In this document: positions 53,816 through 64,000 of the stretch, in pieces | Layout of the letters: each line of letters begins with the position of its first letter | Numbering within the stretch: the first letter of the stretch is position 1 | Assembly: GCA_002269645.1 (NCBI GenBank) | Contig: NIVC01000086.1 | Span: 1-64,000 of the forward strand | Direction of reading: 5' to 3' | DNA: 64,000 nucleotides | Source: Macrostomum lignano | Lineage: Eukaryota | Translations under genes and position numbers: made by a program | The notes under the pieces: generated by a model | Told to the model about the DNA's origin: nothing | Database searches by the model: none | What the model saw: the letters and a program-made list of their open reading frames with translations, nothing else

Positions 53816-56800
53816 TTAGTGCTTCTTCACACGATGCTTGGTGCGCTTTACGCGCAAACGCCAAGCATGCCGCCCAGCTCGGCGATTGAACCACGTCACC
53901 TTGCGCACACTCTTCGGCGCCGGCCTCTTCCAGACGGTCTTTCGCCACTTCTTGAAGTGTACGCGCCAACTAGAACCATAGCGCCGACGATATTTTCGCT
54001 TGACGTAGAACCACTTCCAGTTGGACCCGTATCGGTGCTTAAACCATGCGATGCTGTACTTCCTTAAACGATGCTTCGTGCGCTTTACGTGCAAACGCCA
54101 AGCATGCCGCCCAGATCGGCGATTGAACCACGTGACCTTGCGCACATTCTTTGGGCTCGGCTTCTTCCAAACGCGTTTCAGCCACTTCCTAAAGTGCACG
54201 CGCCACTTGCGACCGTAGCGTCGACGGTAGACCACTCGGGTGTAGTACCAGCGCCACTTGCGACCGTAGTGTCTCTTGTACCAGGTGACCTTGTGCAGGA
54301 CGCGACGCTTCGGCGACGGCTTCTTCCAGACCGTTTTCACCCACCTTCGGAAGTGAGATCTCCATTTAATTCCAAATTTTCGATGATAAACCAGCCGAGT
54401 GTAATACCACCTCCAATTCTTAGGATAATGCTTTTTAAACCATCTCAAAGTGTGCACTATAACGTGCGGACGTTTTGGAGCCGGACGCTTCCACGTGTGC
54501 TTTTCCCATAGTTTAAAATGCACCCTCCACTTCCGACCAAATCGATGCTGATAAACAACTCGAGTGTAGTACCAACGCCAGTTTGTTCCATAACGTCGCT
54601 TGAACCAACCAACCTTGTGCAGGACGCGACGCTTCGGTGACGGCTTCTTCCACACTCGCTTCAGCCACTTCCTAAAGTGCACGCGCCACTTGCGACCGTA
54701 GCGTCGACGGTAAACCACTCGGGTGTAGTACCAGCGCCACTTGCGACCGTAGTGTCTCTTGTACCAGGTGACCTTGTGCAGGACGCGACGCTTCGGTGAC
54801 GGCTTCTTCCACACTCTCTTCAGCCACTTCCTAAAGTGCACGCGCCACTTGCGACCGTAGCGTCGACGGTAGACCACTCGGGTGTAGTACCAGCGCCACT
54901 TGCGACCGTAGTGTCTCTTGTACCAGGTGACCTTGTGCAGGACGCGACGCTTCGGCGACGGCTTCTTCCAGACCGTTTTCACCCACCTTCGGAAGTGAGA
55001 TCTCCATTTAATTCCAAATTTTCGATGATAAACCAGCCGAGTGTAATACCACCTCCAATTCTTAGGATAATGCTTTTTAAACCATCTCAAAGTGTGCACT
55101 ATAACGTGCGGACGTTTTGGAGCCGGACGCTTCCACGTGTGCTTTTCCCATAGTTTAAAATGCACCCTCCACTTCCGACCAAATCGATGCTGATAAACAA
55201 CTCGAGTGTAGTACCAACGCCAGTTTGTTCCATAACGTCGCTTGAACCAACCAACCTTGTGCAGGACGCGACGCTTCGGTGACGGCTTCTTCCACACTCG
55301 CTTCAGCCACTTCCTAAAGTGCACGCGCCACTTGCGACCGTAGCGTCGACGGTAGACCACTCGGGTGTAGTACCAGCGCCACTTGCGACCGTAGTGTCTC
55401 TTGTACCAGGTGACCTTGTGCAGGACGCGACGCTTCGGTGACGGCTTCTTCCACACTCGCTTCAGCCACTTCCTAAAGTGCACGCGCCACTTGCGACCGT
55501 AGCGTCGACGGTAGACCACTCGGGTGTAGTACCAGCGCCACTTGCGACCGTAGTGTCTCTTGTACCAGGTGACCTTGTGCAGGACGCGACGCTTCGGTGA
55601 CGGCTTCTTCCACACTCGCTTCAGCCACTTCCTAAAGTGCACGCGCCACTTGCGACCGTAGCGTCGACGGTAGACCACTCGGGTGTAGTACCAGCGCCAC
55701 TTGCGACCGTAGTGTCTCTTGTACCAGGTGACCTTGTGCAGGACGCGACGCTTCGGTGACGGCTTCTTCCACACTCGCTTCAGCCACTTCCTAAAGTGCA
55801 CGCGCCACTTGCGACCGTAGCGTCGACGGTAGACCACTCGGGTGTAGTACCAGCGCCACTTGCGACCGTAGTGTCTCTTGTACCAGGTGACCTTGTGCAG
55901 GACGCGACGCTTCGGTGACGGCTTCTTCCACACTCTCTTCAGCCACTTCCTAAAGTGCACGCGCCACTTGCGACCGTAGCGTCGACGGTAGACCACTCGG
56001 GTGTAGTACCAGCGCCACTTGCGACCGTAGTGTCTCTTGTACCAGGTGACCTTGTGCAGGACGCGAAGCTTCGGTGACGGCTTCTTCCACACTCTCTTCA
56101 GCCACTTCCTAAAGTGCACGCGCCACTTGCGACCGTAGCGTCGACGGTAGACCACTCGGGTGTAGTACCAGCGCCACTTGCGACCGTAGTGTCTCTTGTA
56201 CCAGGTGACCTTGTGCAGGACGCGACGCTTCGGTGACGGCTTCTTCCACACTCGCTTCAGCCACTTCCTAAAGTGCACGCGCCACTTGCGACCGTAGCGT
56301 CGACGGTAGACCACTCGGGTGTAGTACCAGCGCCACTTGCGACCGTAGTGTCTCTTGTACCAGGTGACCTTGTGCAGGACGCGACGCTTCGGTGACGGCT
56401 TCTTCCACACTCGCTTCAGCCACTTCCTAAAGTGCACGCGCCACTTGCGACCGTAGCGTCGACGGTAGACCACTCGGGTGTAGTACCAGCGCCACTTGCG
56501 ACCGTAGTGTCTCTTGTACCAGGTGACCTTGTGCAGGACGCGACGCTTCGGTGACGGCTTCTTCCACACTCGCTTCAGCCACTTCCTAAAGTGCACGCGC
56601 CACTTGCGACCGTAGCGTCGACGGTAGACCACTCGGGTGTAGTACCAGCGCCACTTGCGACCGTAGTGTCTCTTGTACCAGGTGACCTTGTGCAGGACGC
56701 GACGCTTCGGTGACGGCTTCTTCCACACTCGCTTCAGCCACTTCCTAAAGTGCACGCGCCACTTGCGACCGTAGCGTCGACGGTAGACCACTCGGGTGTA

Positions 56801-59800
56801 GTACCAGCGCCACTTGCGACCGTAGTGTCTCTTGTACCAGGTGACCTTGTGCAGGACGCGACGCTTCGGCGACGGCTTCTTCCAGACCGTTTTCACCCAC
56901 CTTCGGAAGTGAGATCTCCATTTAATTCCAAATTTTCGATGATAAACCAGCCGAGTGTAATACCACCTCCAATTCTTAGGATAATGCTTTTTAAACCATC
57001 TCAAAGTGTGCACTATAACGTGCGGACGTTTTGGAGCCGGACGCTTCCACGTGTGCTTTTCCCATAGTTTAAAATGCACCCTCCACTTCCGACCAAATCG
57101 ATGCTGATAAACAACTCGAGTGTAGTACCAACGCCAGTTTGTTCCGTAACGTCGCTTGAACCAACCAACCTTGTGCAGGACGCGACGCTTCGGTGACGGC
57201 TTCTTCCACACTCTCTTCAGCCACTTCCTAAAGTGCACGCGCCACTTGCGACCGTAGCGTCGATGGTAGACCACTCGGGTGTAGTACCAGCGCCACTTGC
57301 GACCGTAGTGTCTCTTGTACCAGGTGACCTTGTGCAGGACGCGACGCTTCGGTGACGGCTTCTTCCACACTCTCTTCAGCCACTTCCTAAAGTGCACGCG
57401 CCACTTGCGACCGTAGCGTCGACGGTAGACCACTCGGGTGTAGTACCAGCGCCACTTGCGACCGTAGTGTCTCTTGTACCAGGTGACCTTGTGCAGGACG
57501 CGACGCTTCGGTGACGGCTTCTTCCACACTCTCTTCAGCCACTTCCTAAAGTGCACGCGCCACTTGCGACCGTAGCGTCGACGGTAGACCACTCGGGTGT
57601 AGTACCAGCCCCACTTGCGACCGTAGTGTCTCTTGTACCAGGTGACCTTGTGCAGGACGCGACGCTTCGGTGACGGCTTCTTCCACACTCGCTTCAGCCA
57701 CTTCCTAAAGTGCACGCGCCACTTGCGACCGTAGCGTCGACGGTAGACCACTCGGGTGTAGTACCAGCGCCACTTGCGACCGTAGTGTCTCTTGTACCAG
57801 GTGACCTTGTGCAGGACGCGACGCTTCGGTGACGGCTTCTTCCACACTCGCTTCAGCCACTTCCTAAAGTGCACGCGCCACTTGCGACCGTAGCGTCGAC
57901 GGTAGACCACTCGGGTGTAGTACCAGCGCCACTTGCGACCGTAGTGTCTCTTGTACCAGGTGACCTTGTGCAGGACGCGACGCTTCGGTGACGGCTTCTT
58001 CCACACTCTCTTCAGCCACTTCCTAAAGTGCACGCGCCACTTGCGACCGTAGCGTCGACGGTAGACCACTCGGGTGTAGTACCAGCGCCACTTGCGACCG
58101 TAGTGTCTCTTGTACCAGGTGACCTTGTGCAGGACGCGACGCTTCGGTGACGGCTTCTTCCACACTCGCTTCAGCCACTTCCTAAAGTGCACGCGCCACT
58201 TGCGACCGTAGCGTCGACGGTAGACCACTCGGGTGTAGTACCAGCGCCACTTGCGACCGTAGTGTCTCTTGTACCAGGTGACCTTGTGCAGGACGCGACG
58301 CTTCGGTGACGGCTTCTTCCACACTCGCTTCAGCCACTTCCTAAAGTGCACGCGCCACTTGCGACCGTAGCGTCGACGGTAGACCACTCGGGTGTAGTAC
58401 CAGCGCCACTTGCGACCGTAGTGTCTCTTGTACCAGGTGACCTTGTGCAGGACGCGACGCTTCGGTGACGGCTTCTTCCACACTCGCTTCAGCCACTTCC
58501 TAAAGTGCACGCGCCACTTGCGACCGTAGCGTCGACGGTAGACCACTCGGGTGTAGTACCAGCGCCACTTGCGACCGTAGTGTCTCTTGTACCAGGTGAC
58601 CTTGTGCAGGACGCGACGCTTCGGTGACGGCTTCTTCCACACTCGCTTCAGCCACTTCCTAAAATGCACGCGCCACTTGCGACCGTAGCGTCGACGGTAG
58701 ACCACTCGGGTGTAGTACCAGCGCCACTTGCGACCGTAGTGTCTCTTGTACCAGGTGACCTTGTGCAGGACGCGACGCTTCGGTGACGGCTTCTTCCACA
58801 CTCGCTTCAGCCACTTCCTAAAGTGCACGCGCCACTTGCGACCGTAGCGTCGACGGTAGACCACTCGGGTGTAGTACCAGCGCCACTTGTGACCGTAGTG
58901 TCTCTTGTACCAGGTGACCTTGTGCAGGACGCGACGCTTCGGTGACGGCTTCTTCCACACTCGCTTCAGCCACTTCCTAAAGTGCACGCGCCACTTGCGA
59001 CCGTAGCGTCGATGGTAGACCACTCGGGTGTAGTACCAGCGCCACTTGCGACCGTAGTGTCTCTTGTACCAGGTGACCTTGTGCAGGACGCGACGCTTCG
59101 GTGACGGCTTCTTCCACACTCTCTTCAGCCACTTCCTAAAGTGCACGCGCCACTTGCGACCGTAGCGTCGATGGTAGACCACTCGGGTGTAGTACCAGCG
59201 CCACTTGCGACCGTAGTGTCTCTTGTACCAGGTGACCTTGTGCAGGACGCGACGCTTCGGTGACGGCTTCTTCCACACTCGCTTCAGCCACTTCCTAAAG
59301 TGCACGCGCCACTTGCGACCGTAGCGTCGACGGTAGACCACTCGGGTGTAGTACCAGCGCCACTTGCGACCGTAGTGTCTTTTGTACCAGGTGACCTTGT
59401 GCAGGACGCGACGCTTCGGTGACGGCTTCTTCCACACTCGCTTCAGCCACTTCCTAAAGTGCACGCGCCACTTGCGACCGTAGCGTCGACGGTAGACCAC
59501 TCGGGTGTAGTACCAGCGCCACTTGCGACCGTAGTGTCTCTTGTACCAGGTGACCTTGTGCAGGACGCGACGCTTCGGTGACGGCTTCTTCCACACTCTC
59601 TTCAGCCACTTTCTAAAGTGCACGCGCCACTTGCGACCGTAGCGTCGACGGTAGACCACTCGGGTGTAGTACCAGCGCCACTTGCGACCGTAGTGTCTCT
59701 TGTACCAGGTGACCTTGTGCAGGACGCGACGCTTCGGTGACGGCTTCTTCCACACTCGCTTCAGCCACTTCCTAAAGTGCACGCGCCACTTGCGACCGTA

Positions 59801-62800
59801 GCGTCGACGGTAGACCACTCGGGTGTAGTACCAGCGCCACTTGCGACCGTAGTGTCTCTTGTACCAGGTGACCTTGTGCAGGACGCGACGCTTCGGTGAC
59901 GGCTTCTTCCACACTCGCTTCAGCCACTTCCTAAAGTGCACGCGCCACTTGCGACCGTAGCGTCGACGGTAGACCACTCGGGTGTAGTACCAGCGCCACT
60001 TGCGACCGTAGTGTCTCTTGTACCAGGTGACCTTGTGCAGGACGCGACGCTTCGGTGACGGCTTCTTCCACACTCTCTTCAGCCACTTCCTAAAGTGCAC
60101 GCGCCACTTGCGACCGTAGCGTCGACGGTAGACCACTCGGGTGTAGTACCAGCGCCACTTGCGACCGTAGTGTCTCTTGTACCAGGTGACCTTGTGCAGG
60201 ACGCGACGCTTCGGTGACGGCTTCTTCCACACTCGCTTCAGCCACTTCCTAAAGTGCACGCGCCACTTGCGACCGTAGCGTCGACGGTAGACCACTCGGG
60301 TGTAGTACCAGCGCCACTTGCGACCGTAGTGTCTCTTGTACCAGGTGACCTTGTGCAGGACGCGACGCTTCGGCGACGGCTTCTTCCAGACCGTTTTCAC
60401 CCACCTTCGGAAGTGAGATCTCCATTTAATTCCAAATTTTCGATGATAAACCAGCCGAGTGTAATACCACCTCCAATTCTTAGGATAATGCTTTTTAAAC
60501 CATCTCAAAGTGTGCACTATAACGTGCGGACGTTTTGGAGCCGGACGCTTCCACGTGTGCTTTTCCCATAGTTTAAAATGCACCCTCCACTTCCGACCAA
60601 ATCGATGCTGATAAACAACTCGAGTGTAGTACCAACGCCAGTTTGTTCCATAACGTCGCTTGAACCAACCAACCTTGTGCAGGACGCGACGCTTCGGTGA
60701 CGGCTTCTTCCACACTCGCTTCAGCCACTTCCTAAAGTGCACGCGCCACTTGCGACCGTAGCGTCGACGGTAAACCACTCGGGTGTAGTACCAGCGCCAC
60801 TTGCGACCGTAGTGTCTCTTGTACCAGGTGACCTTGTGCAGGACGCGACGCTTCGGTGACGGCTTCTTCCACACTCTCTTCAGCCACTTCCTAAAGTGCA
60901 CGCGCCACTTGCGACCGTAGCGTCGACGGTAGACCACTCGGGTGTAGTACCAGCGCCACTTGCGACCGTAGTGTCTCTTGTACCAGGTGACCTTGTGCAG
61001 GACGCGACGCTTCGGCGACGGCTTCTTCCAGACCGTTTTCACCCACCTTCGGAAGTGAGATCTCCATTTAATTCCAAATTTTCGATGATAAACCAGCCGA
61101 GTGTAATACCACCTCCAATTCTTAGGATAATGCTTTTTAAACCATCTCAAAGTGTGCACTATAACGTGCGGACGTTTTGGAGCCGGACGCTTCCACGTGT
61201 GCTTTTCCCATAGTTTAAAATGCACCCTCCACTTCCGACCAAATCGATGCTGATAAACAACTCGAGTGTAGTACCAACGCCAGTTTGTTCCATAACGTCG
61301 CTTGAACCAACCAACCTTGTGCAGGACGCGACGCTTCGGTGACGGCTTCTTCCACACTCGCTTCAGCCACTTCCTAAAGTGCACGCGCCACTTGCGACCG
61401 TAGCGTCGACGGTAGACCACTCGGGTGTAGTACCAGCGCCACTTGCGACCGTAGTGTCTCTTGTACCAGGTGACCTTGTGCAGGACGCGACGCTTCGGTG
61501 ACGGCTTCTTCCACACTCGCTTCAGCCACTTCCTAAAGTGCACGCGCCACTTGCGACCGTAGCGTCGACGGTAGACCACTCGGGTGTAGTACCAGCGCCA
61601 CTTGCGACCGTAGTGTCTCTTGTACCAGGTGACCTTGTGCAGGACGCGACGCTTCGGTGACGGCTTCTTCCACACTCGCTTCAGCCACTTCCTAAAGTGC
61701 ACGCGCCACTTGCGACCGTAGCGTCGACGGTAGACCACTCGGGTGTAGTACCAGCGCCACTTGCGACCGTAGTGTCTCTTGTACCAGGTGACCTTGTGCA
61801 GGACGCGACGCTTCGGTGACGGCTTCTTCCACACTCGCTTCAGCCACTTCCTAAAGTGCACGCGCCACTTGCGACCGTAGCGTCGACGGTAGACCACTCG
61901 GGTGTAGTACCAGCGCCACTTGCGACCGTAGTGTCTCTTGTACCAGGTGACCTTGTGCAGGACGCGACGCTTCGGTGACGGCTTCTTCCACACTCTCTTC
62001 AGCCACTTCCTAAAGTGCACGCGCCACTTGCGACCGTAGCGTCGACGGTAGACCACTCGGGTGTAGTACCAGCGCCACTTGCGACCGTAGTGTCTCTTGT
62101 ACCAGGTGACCTTGTGCAGGACGCGAAGCTTCGGTGACGGCTTCTTCCACACTCTCTTCAGCCACTTCCTAAAGTGCACGCGCCACTTGCGACCGTAGCG
62201 TCGACGGTAGACCACTCGGGTGTAGTACCAGCGCCACTTGCGACCGTAGTGTCTCTTGTACCAGGTGACCTTGTGCAGGACGCGACGCTTCGGTGACGGC
62301 TTCTTCCACACTCGCTTCAGCCACTTCCTAAAGTGCACGCGCCACTTGCGACCGTAGCGTCGACGGTAGACCACTCGGTGTAGTACCAGCGCCACTTGCG
62401 ACCGTAGTGTCTCTTGTACCAGGTGACCTTGTGCAGGACGCGACGCTTCGGTGACGGCTTCTTCCACACTCGCTTCAGCCACTTCCTAAAGTGCACGCGC
62501 CACTTGCGACCGTAGCGTCGACGGTAGACCACTCGGGTGTAGTACCAGCGCCACTTGCGACCGTAGTGTCTCTTGTACCAGGTGACCTTGTGCAGGACGC
62601 GACGCTTCGGTGACGGCTTCTTCCACACTCGCTTCAGCCACTTCCTAAAGTGCACGCGCCACTTGCGACCGTAGCGTCGACGGTAGACCACTCGGGTGTA
62701 GTACCAGCGCCACTTGCGACCGTAGTGTCTCTTGTACCAGGTGACCTTGTGCAGGACGCGACGCTTCGGTGACGGCTTCTTCCACACTCGCTTCAGCCAC

Positions 62801-64000
62801 TTCCTAAAGTGCACGCGCCACTTGCGACCGTAGCGTCGACGGTAGACCACTCGGGTGTAGTACCAGCGCCACTTGCGACCGTAGTGTCTCTTGTACCAGG
62901 TGACCTTGTGCAGGACGCGACGCTTCGGCGACGGCTTCTTCCAGACCGTTTTCACCCACCTTCGGAAGTGAGATCTCCATTTAATTCCAAATTTTCGATG
63001 ATAAACCAGCCGAGTGTAATACCACCTCCAATTCTTAGGATAATGCTTTTTAAACCATCTCAAAGTGTGCACTATAACGTGCGGACGTTTTGGAGCCGGA
63101 CGCTTCCACGTGTGCTTTTCCCATAGTTTAAAATGCACCCTCCACTTCCGACCAAATCGATGCTGATAAACAACTCGAGTGTAGTACCAACGCCAGTTTG
63201 TTCCGTAACGTCGCTTGAACCAACCAACCTTGTGCAGGACGCGACGCTTCGGTGACGGCTTCTTCCACACTCTCTTCAGCCACTTCCTAAAGTGCACGCG
63301 CCACTTGCGACCGTAGCGTCGATGGTAGACCACTCGGGTGTAGTACCAGCGCCACTTGCGACCGTAGTGTCTCTTGTACCAGGTGACCTTGTGCAGGACG
63401 CGACGCTTCGGTGACGGCTTCTTCCACACTCGCTTCAGCCACTTCCTAAAGTGCACGCGCCACTTGCGACCGTAGCGTCGACGGTAGACCACTCGGGTGT
63501 AGTACCAGCGCCACTTGCGACCGTAGTGTCTCTTGTACCAGGTGACCTTGTGCAGGACGCGACGCTTCGGCGACGGCTTCTTCCAGACCGTTTTCACCCA
63601 CCTTCGGAAGTGAGATCTCCATTTAATTCCAAATTTTCGATGATAAACCAGCCGAGTGTAATACCACCTCCAATTCTTAGGATAATGCTTTTTAAACCAT
63701 CTCAAAGTGTGCACTATAACGTGCGGACGTTTTGGAGCCGGACGCTTCCACGTGTGCTTTTCCCATAGTTTAAAATGCACCCTCCACTTCCGACCAAATC
63801 GATGCTGATAAACAACTCGAGTGTAGTACCAACGCCAGTTTGTTCCGTAACGTCGCTTGAACCAACCAACCTTGTGCAGGACGCGACGCTTCGGTGACGG
63901 CTTCTTCCACACTCTCTTCAGCCACTTCCTAAAGTGCACGCGCCACTTGCGACCGTAGCGTCGACGGTAGACCACTCGGGTGTAGTACCAGCCCCACTTG
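53816..64000 (-). CDS. 3' part of a giant (>3,390 aa in window) Arg/Lys/Trp/Tyr-rich tandem-repeat protein of unknown function. 159-bp (53-aa) units, 5' end outside the window, one 1-bp deletion at 62377-62378
   Basis: Stop-free reading for 8.6 kb plus 1.6 kb. Unit lengths (159, 159, 165 bp) are all multiples of 3, there are synonymous variants between units, and a divergent C-terminal cap ends ...KHRVKKH-TAA. Other frames contain stops. Confidence 0.85.

Noticed and set aside
53819-63768. Plus-strand ORFs (MHAPLATVAS... repeated) within the giant gene
   Set aside because: Antisense shadows of the repeat, each ending at the same stop, with no independent support.
53816-64000. Assigning the giant repeat protein to a known gene (Mlig-ap1 adhesive protein, protamine or histone H1)
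   Set aside because: Only compositional similarity. No diagnostic domains are in the window and the W/Y-rich unit is not one I recognise, so no symbol is given.

Overview
Eukaryotic (metazoan) genomic DNA with GC-rich exons, spliceosomal introns and many unrelated mini/microsatellite arrays. The style suggests a free-living flatworm such as Macrostomum (inference, not verified). Hand-built gene models from left to right: (1) three tandem + strand nuclear receptors (NR-A 3153-5585, NR-B 7415-12448, NR-C 14498-16909) with ERR/NR3-like signatures, unusual P-boxes, elongated D-boxes and no shared intron positions; (2) a 3-exon Stum/SPEC3-family membrane protein on the - strand with a PPxY-bearing tail (24256-20304); (3) ADRM1/Rpn13 (32483-35122); (4) a class A peptide GPCR whose coding region lies in one exon (- strand, 44683-43254); (5) a >10 kb uninterrupted - strand exon running off the right edge. 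This last exon encodes >3,390 aa of a 53-aa Arg/Lys/Trp/Tyr-rich tandem repeat with a hierarchical A/B/C organisation and a 6,060-bp super-duplication, and is the most striking object here. Also present: an hAT-type MITE with an 8-bp TSD, a TTAA-flanked long-TIR MITE, a tRNA-headed CORE-like SINE and about 30 tandem-repeat arrays that account for most ORFs in the track. Four genic single-base deletions (2 in NR-A, 1 in the GPCR, 1 in the giant ORF) look like consensus errors. All coordinates were read by eye and no database searches were run.
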